Source: a virus. Taken from it: a stretch of 64,000 bases of DNA. Shown one piece after another: positions 30,395-38,829 of this stretch. A program made the translations under genes and the position numbers. The first letter of the stretch is position 1, and every line of letters begins with the position of its first letter. Under the pieces are notes generated by a model. The model worked only from the letters and a program-made list of their open reading frames with translations. It was not told the DNA's origin and did not search any database. Where the stretch lies: the IMG/VR virus record IMGVR_UViG_3300023174_000063; one strand, given 5' to 3'.

Positions 30395-30871
30395 ATGCCT
30401 ACGCATAAACAATATACGACAGAAGCAGTTGTGACAGAGCGAGGTCCGGGTCGTTCTGCATCTAATTCACTTAGGGCTGCATTTGCTAATTCTCCCCTCT
30501 ACAAGGGCGAGTGGTCTGACGCAAAGGTTCATGAATATTGGATCGAAAACGTTCAGGAGAGAGCTATCAATGACGGTGGACATACGTTCGGATTGTTTGT
30601 TCAAAATTACAAAGGCGCTCCCGATGTTGAAGATGTTAGAACCGGCGGCGGTGGACTTCCAGCCGGTCCTTATGTGCCTACAACTGCATCTCCCGGCGTA
30701 GAAGGCTCGATGAATCCTTACGATTTGCCCGAAGTTGATCCGACGCCCAGGACCAATATCTATGGCACAGGTCCAGGTATCTCTCTGTCATCCAAAGATG
30801 CATCAGCTAATATCGCAAAAGGCACACTTGGTTCTTATTTAATGGGAAAGAGTGGCGGAATTCCCGAATAA
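30395..30871 (+). CDS. Gly/Pro-rich hypothetical virion protein
   Basis: Strong AAGGAG RBS; located in the head cluster. Confidence 0.6.
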   Translation: MPTHKQYTTEAVVTERGPGRSASNSLRAAFANSPLYKGEWSDAKVHEYWIENVQERAINDGGHTFGLFVQNYKGAPDVEDVRTGGGGLPAGPYVPTTASPGVEGSMNPYDLPEVDPTPRTNIYGTGPGISLSSKDASANIAKGTLGSYLMGKSGGIPE

Positions 30872-30876
30872 TCTTA

Positions 30877-31524
30877 ATGAAACTTCTTGCATCTAAAACT
30901 AGGCAGAAACTTTTTGAAAAGCTCTCGTCTTATGGAAATACAACGGGCGCTTCTCCTAGTTTTAAAGATGCAAGAAGTGATTTAGGTTACGGTAGAATTG
31001 ACAATAAATGGCATGATCAAAGAGGAAGAAACAATTATTTTCCTTACATAGATCCTGTTAACGAAGATGAAGCCGAAGATGATGAATCCCTAGAAATAGA
31101 AGATCCACATCTTCTGTCTTTAATGTCTAAAAAATTAAATACTGATATTGCTGTTAATGATCCTCTCGGCGGATATAAGGCAGATCCTTTTTATTTTGCC
31201 GGAAGCAATACTAGTCTTTCAATTGCAGACTGTTTCTATAGAACAGATTATGTACTTAACGAGATTGCTGCAATGAATTCATCTCTTGTTCCAATGCCAG
31301 GAATATGGCGCAAAGCTGTAAAATCTGGTGGGCAAGGAGCAGCTGTCTATTTGACTGTTGCGCACCCAGTTAGAACAGGAATGCTCAGAGGATGGTCTAG
31401 CGCGCCTTTCGAAAATGATAATATTTTTGACAATGTCGAAGATTTCGATGACGTCGATGAAGGCGATGAAGACGAAGATTTTATTTCTATTTGGGATGTC
31501 ATTAAAAAAAATGCAGTTTTTTAA
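30877..31524 (+). CDS. Hypothetical protein with acidic C-terminus
   Basis: 215-aa ORF in the operon. Confidence 0.55.
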   Translation: MKLLASKTRQKLFEKLSSYGNTTGASPSFKDARSDLGYGRIDNKWHDQRGRNNYFPYIDPVNEDEAEDDESLEIEDPHLLSLMSKKLNTDIAVNDPLGGYKADPFYFAGSNTSLSIADCFYRTDYVLNEIAAMNSSLVPMPGIWRKAVKSGGQGAAVYLTVAHPVRTGMLRGWSSAPFENDNIFDNVEDFDDVDEGDEDEDFISIWDVIKKNAVF

Positions 31525-31610
31525 TTTTTTTTAATTGTCTCAAATAAATTGTTTTTCTTGTGATAATTAAGCTTATAGAATTTGTCATAAGACATTGATG
31601 AGTGGGGATT

Positions 31611-33284
31611 ATGAGCCAAAACCTTTATATTGAATCAATTGCAGATGCTCGACAGCTTCGTGAGATTGCCGAGGCTAATGCACGTAATAAGATCATTGAT
31701 GCAATTACGCCGCAGATACGCAAGCTTATTGAAAAGAAGCTTCTTAGCGATGAGGATGAGATTGAAAGCTCAGAAGAGTCTGAGCTTATCGATATAGACT
31801 CAGACGCCGGCGAAGAGGCTGGTGAATTAGCCGAGCCAAGTGATGACATGCCTAATCCACGTACGACCAATATTGAAGACTTTGAGGACGAGGATGAGAT
31901 GGGCGAGCTCGAGCATGACGAGGACGACGTTTCAGTCACACCCACGTCATCTGGTGCACAAATCAACGTCAAAGATGATGGCAATATTAGTTTGACACTT
32001 GACGATGTTGAAATTATCGTAAATCAAAAGTCAAAAACTTTTGAAGGACTAGAAGATCGTGCGACTTCCCGCAGTAGTTTAAAGTCTGCCACACAGCGCG
32101 CGAAGATCTTCGAGATGAAGTACAAACTATTCAATATTATGCTTGAAAAAGAGATCAAGAACGGTCTCGGAATCAATGAAAAGAAGAAATTTGTACAAAT
32201 ATTAGAAACTTTGCAGAAGCAGGCAGCAAAAATCAAGAGCGATGCTATACTTACAGAAGGTAGCTCAAAAATTATTAACAAAATGAATAATCTGATTAAG
32301 GAGATGAAAATGTCAAGGAAGCGCGTGAACAATAATGTCTTTGATTTTCTTTTTGAGATGGCAGAAGAAGACGGCATGCCAGTAGAAGGCATGCACGAAG
32401 AAGACGAGATGCCCGTCGAAGAAGCCCTCGAGGAAGCCGATGAAAAGGATGAGGGCGAGGGTGAGCCTGATGTCGACAGCGCTATCAAGGCGCTCGAGGA
32501 TGCGCTTGCTGCTCTCAAGGGAGAGGGCGGCGATGAAGGCGAGGATGACATGGGCGACCTAGGTGACCTCGGCGGCGAAGGCGAGGATGATGCCGAAGGC
32601 GCCGACGAAGGCGAGGACGAAGAGAAGAATGAGAGTCAGGTGTATGAGATCGATGAGTCCGTTCTTCGCCGTGAGCTTCGCCGCATGAAGCGTCTTTCAG
32701 AGGTCACAAGTGGCGTTTCCGATCCCAAGTTTACAGCCCGCGCCTTTGGCGATGGCGACGTCGAGGATGAGATGTTCATCGACGTTGATGAGGAGACACT
32801 CCTCAATGTTTTGGCCGATGAGCTCGGCCGTGTTAAGTTCAAGGGCGGCCGTATGCACGAGTCTGCCCACAGAAGAGCAGTTTCGCCCCGACGCAACAAT
32901 GAGACTGCAGCTCTACGCTCCAAACTGAGAGAGTATGAGACAATGACAGAGTCGATGAAGTCACAGCTTGTTGAGATGAATCTCTTCAATGCGAAGCTTC
33001 TCTACGCCAACAAGTTAATGCAGAACAAGAATCTGACACAGAAGCAGCAGCGAGCAATTGTCGAGGCGCTAGATAATGCCAAGACGCTCCGCGAGGCAAA
33101 GCTTCTTTACAAGAGCCTGACTGAGTCCCTCAACAAGGGTGGCGCACGTTCGCTACAAGAGGGAAGCACACGGACGCTCGGATCGGCTTCCAGATCAACC
33201 CAGTCGGCGCAGGTTCGCCCGACATCCAATGGAGTTGAGGTAGATCGATGGGCAGTTCTTGCAGGCATCGCAAGCAAGAAATAA
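31611..33284 (+). CDS. Prohead scaffolding/core protein
   Basis: Highly acidic, low-complexity protein directly upstream of the capsid gene; C-terminal EMNLFNAKLLYANKL...EAKLLYKSL...RWAVLAGI. Confidence 0.75.
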   Translation: MSQNLYIESIADARQLREIAEANARNKIIDAITPQIRKLIEKKLLSDEDEIESSEESELIDIDSDAGEEAGELAEPSDDMPNPRTTNIEDFEDEDEMGELEHDEDDVSVTPTSSGAQINVKDDGNISLTLDDVEIIVNQKSKTFEGLEDRATSRSSLKSATQRAKIFEMKYKLFNIMLEKEIKNGLGINEKKKFVQILETLQKQAAKIKSDAILTEGSSKIINKMNNLIKEMKMSRKRVNNNVFDFLFEMAEEDGMPVEGMHEEDEMPVEEALEEADEKDEGEGEPDVDSAIKALEDALAALKGEGGDEGEDDMGDLGDLGGEGEDDAEGADEGEDEEKNESQVYEIDESVLRRELRRMKRLSEVTSGVSDPKFTARAFGDGDVEDEMFIDVDEETLLNVLADELGRVKFKGGRMHESAHRRAVSPRRNNETAALRSKLREYETMTESMKSQLVEMNLFNAKLLYANKLMQNKNLTQKQQRAIVEALDNAKTLREAKLLYKSLTESLNKGGARSLQEGSTRTLGSASRSTQSAQVRPTSNGVEVDRWAVLAGIASKK

Positions 33285-33325
33285 AAATCGCTAAACCAAA
33301 ACTACAAGGATTAAGGAGATATATT

Positions 33326-35230
33326 ATGAGTTCATTTTCTTTAGAGCAGCTGTCAGAGGGCATCCGCGAGAGGCACCTCGGCACACAGAACAAGCGACTC
33401 ACAGAGAAGTGGTCGCGCACAGGCCTTCTTCGTGGTCTCGACGGTGTCAACCGTGAGAACATGGCTCGCCTTCTCGAGAACCAGGCAGCACAGGTTCTTC
33501 GTGAGGCTTCAACCCTTTCAACTGGTGGGGGCGCACTCAGCGCTAGCGGAGATATCCGTGGCTTTACCAACGTTGCATTCCCAATCGTTCGCCGCGTCTT
33601 TGGTGGCCTCGTTGCCAACGAGCTCGTGTCGATCCAGCCAATGAGCCTTCCTTCGGGTCTGCTCTTCTACCTCGATTACACCTACGGAACAAACGTTGGT
33701 GGAACAGACCAGGGTAGTACATTTGTGTCAGGATCGTCGATCTACAATAACCCAGTCGGCAAAGGCGTCCAGAGCGGGTCGCTAGCAACAGGAGGTCAAT
33801 ATGACCTCGTTGGAACAACATATTCCAGAGTTCATAAAGCAACACCCGTCGATAACGTAGCTCCGACCAACAAACTATTTGCTTTCTCAGGCACCTCTAC
33901 GATTGTAAAGCCAGACGCAGATACAGCAATTGCTTCGACAGCACACGCTACAGGCACAGATGGTTTGCTGTTGCAGTTTGATCCCCAGATTACAAATCTC
34001 ATCGAGGCAGGTGGTCAATTTGTTTTCTTGGCAGTTCCATTCAATGCAGACAACTTCCCAAATGTAGATTCGACAGCTGTCAAAGGCATTTCTCTTGTTA
34101 AAGATAACGGAGCGGCCGGTTTTGATGCAGTCACAAACCTGGAGACAATTCCTGCAACGATTCAGGCAGGATCAACATTAAATGTTCGTCGTCTAAATCA
34201 GCTTGTAATATTCGATGGTACCTCTGTGACACCTGCACCTCTTGCGACAACAGCAACAGGCAACGCACACGTTCTAATGGTTTTGAAAGGTACCGGCATA
34301 CACAGCGGCGATCAGGGTAAATTTACAGTAACATACCCAGTATCAGATAAATTTGAGGCTGATGCTTCCGGTGGTGACACTCTCGTTATTCCCTCATTTG
34401 AATCATCTGCAGCGGCTCGCCAGCTTGACGCAGAGTCGCCAACAATCCCAGAGATCGACATTAAGATCGAGTCGCTGGCAGTTACGGCTCAGTCACGCAA
34501 GCTCAAGGCACGTTGGTCGCCTGAGCTCGCACAGGACCTGAATGCCTACCACAGCCTTGACGCTGAGGTTGAGCTCACACAGATCCTGTCAGAGCAGATT
34601 GCTCTAGAACTTGACAGAGAGGTTCTCAATGATCTTCTCACGCAGGCAAACGGCGCAAACTACTACTGGTCGCGCGCTCCCGGTCGCTTTGTCAACAAGG
34701 AGACCGGCCGCGAGGTCGAGCGTAACGGTTCACTCAACCCAGGACCCGCCTTCACAGGCACAGTCCGTGAGTGGTACGAGACTCTCGTCGAGACAATTAT
34801 CGACGTTGCCAACACAATTCACCGCAAGACACTGCGTGGTTCGGCGAACTTCATCGTCGTTGGACCCGACGTTGCCACAATCCTCGAGAGCTCGGTTTTC
34901 TACAAGCCCAGCTACACAATCGACGGTGAGGGCCAGGTCTCGTCACCCATGACTCTCGGCACCGAGAAGATTGGTACAGTGTCGAACCGTTTCACAGTCT
35001 ACAAGGACCCCTACTTCCCCCGCAACAAGATCCTTGTTGGTTACAAGGGCGGTAGCTACCTCGAGACAGGCTACGTCTACGCTCCTTACGTTCCTCTCAT
35101 CGTCACACCCACAATCTTCGCGCCAGACGATTTCACACCCCGTAAGGGCGTGATGACACGTTACGGCAAGAAGATGGTCCGCAGCGACTTCTACGGCACT
35201 GTGACACTGATGGACATGAACATTATCTAA
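33326..35230 (+). CDS. Major capsid protein (T4 gp23-like)
   Basis: FPIVRRVF, VSIQPMSLPSGLLFYLD, SRKLKARWSPELAQDLNAYHSLDAEVEL, GYVYAPYVPL and PRKGVMTRY. TAAGGAG RBS places the start at 33326. Confidence 0.97.
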   Translation: MSSFSLEQLSEGIRERHLGTQNKRLTEKWSRTGLLRGLDGVNRENMARLLENQAAQVLREASTLSTGGGALSASGDIRGFTNVAFPIVRRVFGGLVANELVSIQPMSLPSGLLFYLDYTYGTNVGGTDQGSTFVSGSSIYNNPVGKGVQSGSLATGGQYDLVGTTYSRVHKATPVDNVAPTNKLFAFSGTSTIVKPDADTAIASTAHATGTDGLLLQFDPQITNLIEAGGQFVFLAVPFNADNFPNVDSTAVKGISLVKDNGAAGFDAVTNLETIPATIQAGSTLNVRRLNQLVIFDGTSVTPAPLATTATGNAHVLMVLKGTGIHSGDQGKFTVTYPVSDKFEADASGGDTLVIPSFESSAAARQLDAESPTIPEIDIKIESLAVTAQSRKLKARWSPELAQDLNAYHSLDAEVELTQILSEQIALELDREVLNDLLTQANGANYYWSRAPGRFVNKETGREVERNGSLNPGPAFTGTVREWYETLVETIIDVANTIHRKTLRGSANFIVVGPDVATILESSVFYKPSYTIDGEGQVSSPMTLGTEKIGTVSNRFTVYKDPYFPRNKILVGYKGGSYLETGYVYAPYVPLIVTPTIFAPDDFTPRKGVMTRYGKKMVRSDFYGTVTLMDMNII

Positions 35231-35256
35231 TATTAGATAGTTTCTTGTTCTTAAGG

Positions 35257-35285
35257 GGCAGACACTTTGTGTCTGCCTTTTTTTT
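35257..35285 (+). terminator. Rho-independent terminator after the capsid gene
   Basis: GGCAGACAC-ttt-GTGTCTGCC followed by T8. Confidence 0.9.
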
Positions 35286-35302
35286 AATTCTAGAAAGAAC
35301 AA

Positions 35303-35629
35303 ATGACTCGAAGAAATAGAAATCAACCAAAATTATCTAAAGATCGCTGTGAGATCTGTAACTACGATAGATCTGCAGCAATCAATTTTCATCACATTAT
35401 TCCTAGATGTGATCCTCGATGTACTAATGACAATTATAATCTAGCTGTCGTTTGTCACTCCTGCCATGACTTAATTCACGCCGGTGAAATTACCATTATC
35501 GGTGTTTATTACACGACTGCAGGTAGAAAGCTAATGTGGTTTAAGGATGGTGAAGAGCCTCCATTAGAAAAAGAATTTTGGAGAGTCAAAAATAATCCTC
35601 TAGTTTTAAGAAAAAAATTATCAATTTAG
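35303..35629 (+). CDS. HNH endonuclease
   Basis: CEIC...HHIIP...NLAVVCHSCHDLIH. Confidence 0.85.
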   Translation: MTRRNRNQPKLSKDRCEICNYDRSAAINFHHIIPRCDPRCTNDNYNLAVVCHSCHDLIHAGEITIIGVYYTTAGRKLMWFKDGEEPPLEKEFWRVKNNPLVLRKKLSI

Positions 35630-35672
35630 ACTTCTACGTTATACTTAAAAACAACGACAATGATTTAGTTTA

Positions 35673-35702
35673 GGGGGCCCTGCTTTGGGCCCCCATTTTT
35701 TT
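35673..35702 (+). terminator. Rho-independent terminator
   Basis: GGGGGCCC-tgcttt-GGGCCCCC followed by A and T7. Confidence 0.9.
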
Positions 35703-35775
35703 TAAACTTACAATTCGTGTGTGATATTTAATGATTGAATAGTGACGATATTGCTCATTAAGATAAAGGATTTAA

Positions 35776-36684
35776 ATGTCATTTCTTAGCGAATCAAAGG
35801 TTAGAAAAATCATTAGAGGCATTATTCTTAATGAGATTGCCAGATCAGATGGAAGTCTTGATGGTTTTTTAAATGTGCTTAATTCATACAGCAATCATAC
35901 GTGGATATTCTTTGATACGGAGACGACAGGCTTAAGACCGTGGACTCGACAGCCTGGCAAAGAAGGTGGGCCACAACTAACACAGATCGCAGCTATAGCT
36001 GTCAAGCCTGACTGGGGTGCAGACAGCGATGGCAGCAATATACTTGGAACTTTTAATAAAAAAATCAGCTTTACTGATTATACTAGGCGGCTAATGACAA
36101 ATCCCAGTTCTAGAGAGCGTCAAAAGTGGGACGCCAAAGATCAAAAGCTAGGAAAGCGCGCGCTTGGAGATCCTAGAAAACTCTTGAGTATGACATCATA
36201 CGGCGTGAGTCGAGGTAAATTTGATCCAGAGCAGGATGTCATTAATGAATTTTTTAATTTTATTTCAGAATATCCAAACCCACTGCTGGTTGCTCAAAAT
36301 GCAAGTTTTGATATGAGATTTATTAATGTTAGAAGTGGTGGAAAAATGCCTAAACTTCCTGTGCTAGATACACTGACGCTAATCCAGCAGTATCTTTTTC
36401 CAGTTTTGACAGCTGCTGCCTCTTCAAGCAACCCTGATCCTGAAGCTTTACGCCTAATTGAGCTTCTTAAGAATCGCGGAAGACTTTCAGCATCCTTGGG
36501 TAATCTTTCAAAAGCATTTGATATTGAAGCATCAGGCTGGCATGATGCCCTAGAAGATGTTAAAATGTTGATGTCTGTCTACGTTAGAACGATAGAAATA
36601 TTAGAAAATCAAGTGTCAAGCGGCCTAAATGCGCAGGCTCAAATTGGAAAAGCATTGGCAGCTGCGCACAAACGTAAAAATTAA
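35776..36684 (+). CDS. DEDDh (DnaQ-like) 3'-5' exonuclease
   Basis: ExoI FFDTETTG, ExoII AQNASFD, ExoIII HDALED. Confidence 0.88.
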   Translation: MSFLSESKVRKIIRGIILNEIARSDGSLDGFLNVLNSYSNHTWIFFDTETTGLRPWTRQPGKEGGPQLTQIAAIAVKPDWGADSDGSNILGTFNKKISFTDYTRRLMTNPSSRERQKWDAKDQKLGKRALGDPRKLLSMTSYGVSRGKFDPEQDVINEFFNFISEYPNPLLVAQNASFDMRFINVRSGGKMPKLPVLDTLTLIQQYLFPVLTAAASSSNPDPEALRLIELLKNRGRLSASLGNLSKAFDIEASGWHDALEDVKMLMSVYVRTIEILENQVSSGLNAQAQIGKALAAAHKRKN

Positions 36685-36753
36685 CACTCTAAGTATCTAG
36701 ATAATCATACTTAGTTTTACTTAGCATTTTAAGAACAAAAACAGGAGGAAGAT

Positions 36754-37308
36754 ATGAATAATTTGGCACGTAGGCGAGGCAGTAAGAGATTGACAGAGGC
36801 AGCTGTTCAAAAAAAAATTAGAAGAATAATAAGAGAAGAATATCTTAGGTCTACTCCTGAGACTCGCCCAGGCCAATTGATGTCAGAGCACCGCGCTGAG
36901 CTTATTGCTGAACAGCTAGTTGAAGCCGGTTTATGGGCTGCAATTAAAGCTGGAGCATCTTCACTTAAGGGTGCTACAAAATCTTTGGGTGGTGCTGCAC
37001 TCGAGCCCCTAAAGGGTGTAGGACAAGTCGCAGGACAGGTTGCAAAATTGGGTCTAAAAGCCGCTGAAGACATCGGTCAAGCAATTCAAAAAATAGAAGA
37101 TGATGCTGTCAAAGCAGCTGCTCAAGAAGCACAAGCTTCGCTGAAGAAGAGCATTGCAAATTCGGCAAAAAATGCTATTACCAAAGCAGTTCCTGCTCTA
37201 GTAAAGGCTGGCATGGAAACACAAGAAGCCAAAGCATTCGTAGCAGAACTAGTTGCCGCAGAAATGGCTGCACTTACTGCAGGTGCAGACACAACAGCAG
37301 CTAGCTAA
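36754..37308 (+). CDS. Ala-rich helical protein, possible internal head protein
   Basis: AGGAGG RBS, ATACTTA at 36707, LTE...IRRIIREE leader. Confidence 0.6.
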   Translation: MNNLARRRGSKRLTEAAVQKKIRRIIREEYLRSTPETRPGQLMSEHRAELIAEQLVEAGLWAAIKAGASSLKGATKSLGGAALEPLKGVGQVAGQVAKLGLKAAEDIGQAIQKIEDDAVKAAAQEAQASLKKSIANSAKNAITKAVPALVKAGMETQEAKAFVAELVAAEMAALTAGADTTAAS

Positions 37309-37495
37309 TTAACTGCCTAGCTCATCTAGTAGACATTAATGTCTGCGTTTATTAAAATGACAGCTTCTCTGCCAATATGCTGGTCTAATCAAAAGATTGG
37401 TTTGCGTGTCACAGAAAGACAACGGAGCTGCTCTGTGTTAACAATTTGTCGAGATGCTAGATAATCGTGTTATAGAGATATTACTGGGAGAAAAT

Positions 37496-37867
37496 ATGGC
37501 AAAGCTGTCAAATAAAAATTATTTCGGTCGTGCAAAGAGAGAAGATTCAGAGACAATGCAGGCAGTCGCAGAGGATTTAGAAGCTTCTGCAGATAAACTA
37601 GAAGTCTTAACGCTAGTTGACAATTCGACGACCATATCTGAAAATACTGTTGAAAAGGTTGAGTCTGGGTCAGCAGATGTTCGACTAGACGAGACAGCGC
37701 AGCTCATCAAGAGAGTTGGTGAGCTTGAGACTCGAGTTCTCTTGCTTGAAAATAAGCTCAAAACACTAATTAATGTTATTACTGTCGAAATGTCTACGGG
37801 CTTAAAGAAGGGGCCCGAAGGCCTTGCTCGAGCGATTAAGAATTCTGGCGTACTTGATAATTTTTAA
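37496..37867 (+). CDS. Hypothetical coiled-coil protein
   Basis: GGGAG RBS before ATG 37496. Confidence 0.55.
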   Translation: MAKLSNKNYFGRAKREDSETMQAVAEDLEASADKLEVLTLVDNSTTISENTVEKVESGSADVRLDETAQLIKRVGELETRVLLLENKLKTLINVITVEMSTGLKKGPEGLARAIKNSGVLDNF

Positions 37868-37967
37868 GTTTGTGAATCTTTAAGCACATACTTATTTTCA
37901 AGCCCAGCCTGAGTGAACATCTGATACCGACAGAAGGCTGGAAGCATTCGGTTCAAAGGAGATTCAC

Positions 37968-38366
37968 ATGCCAAAAGTAGTTTATACCCCCAACAAAGGT
38001 CTATACCAGCAGTCAGGAACAAACGTCGGTAGCGCAATGATGGCTTTCGTCCCTGATGTTGCACCGCAAGCTATAACAGTTGCAGGACCAGTTTCACCAT
38101 TATGCTATTATACAAGTATAACAACAGCAGGTGCTAATTATGGAGTTACTCTTGCAGCAGGAAGCGTAGTGGGTCAGCTAAAAAAGATTTTTATGATTGG
38201 CAAAGGTGCCGGCGTTGCAACTTTAACAATTGCAAACATTGCGGGCGGCGACGGCTCCTTTGAATTTAATCAGTTAGGTGACACTTTAGAGCTAATGTGG
38301 AATGGCACAGCTTGGAGAGTTATCGCTTCTTATAATAGCGTGCTTGGCGCGGGTGGTCCTGACTAA
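37968..38366 (+). CDS. Small beta-rich virion protein
   Basis: AAGGAG RBS; G/A/T/V-rich; GDTLELMWNGTAWRVI C-terminus is typical of fibre/decoration domains. Confidence 0.6.
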   Translation: MPKVVYTPNKGLYQQSGTNVGSAMMAFVPDVAPQAITVAGPVSPLCYYTSITTAGANYGVTLAAGSVVGQLKKIFMIGKGAGVATLTIANIAGGDGSFEFNQLGDTLELMWNGTAWRVIASYNSVLGAGGPD

Positions 38367-38405
38367 TTTTAGTTTTGCTATTTGAATAATTTACAAGGAG
38401 CTAAG

Positions 38406-38753
38406 ATGTCATCGCTTAAATCAAAAAAGAATAGAGTAAATCCGCTGGCTAGATTAAATACTAATCCTGAGGTTGTGTTAGAGAGCGCTGAAGATTCTGC
38501 AGTGCTTCATGACCATGACGAGTCTGATCTGCCTAATGAGACGCTCGATGTTGTTGAACATTTAGATCCAGAGCCTGCTGTTTTAGCTCCTCCTGTTGTT
38601 CCTCTTCCCAAAAAAGAGGAATTTTCACCAAAGACCTATAAGGTCGGTGATTCCTATGTAAAGGGAGGCATTAGCGGTGAGGTCATTTTTGTTTCAAAAA
38701 ATATGATCAAAATTGTCGTGAAGGGTGAAGGCGTCAAATTAATTTATATTTAA
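38406..38753 (+). CDS. Hypothetical protein
   Basis: AAGGAG RBS before ATG 38406; short beta-rich C-terminal domain. Confidence 0.55.
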   Translation: MSSLKSKKNRVNPLARLNTNPEVVLESAEDSAVLHDHDESDLPNETLDVVEHLDPEPAVLAPPVVPLPKKEEFSPKTYKVGDSYVKGGISGEVIFVSKNMIKIVVKGEGVKLIYI

Positions 38754-38782
38754 TTTAAGGCACGATCTCTAATTGCGAATTT

Positions 38783-38808
38783 AAACCCGACTCTTTGTCG
38801 GGTTTTTT
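38783..38808 (+). terminator. Rho-independent terminator
   Basis: AAACCCGAC-tcttt-GTCGGGTTT plus further T residues. Confidence 0.85.
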
Positions 38809-38829
38809 ATTTAAACATACTTAGACAAT

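Noticed and set aside
33248-33325. Upstream capsid start given by the ORF track
   Set aside because: It overlaps the scaffold end; the strong TAAGGAG RBS supports ATG 33326.
31625-33618. Long antisense ORFs over the scaffold and capsid genes (also 55735-56304 and many others)
   Set aside because: Ser-rich mirror translations of biased sense codons, with no RBS or motifs.
37901-37955. HDV-like/theta ribozyme
   Set aside because: The nested pairing is superficially similar, but the L3 and J4/2 catalytic consensus and an adjacent tRNA are missing. Kept only as a generic structured leader.
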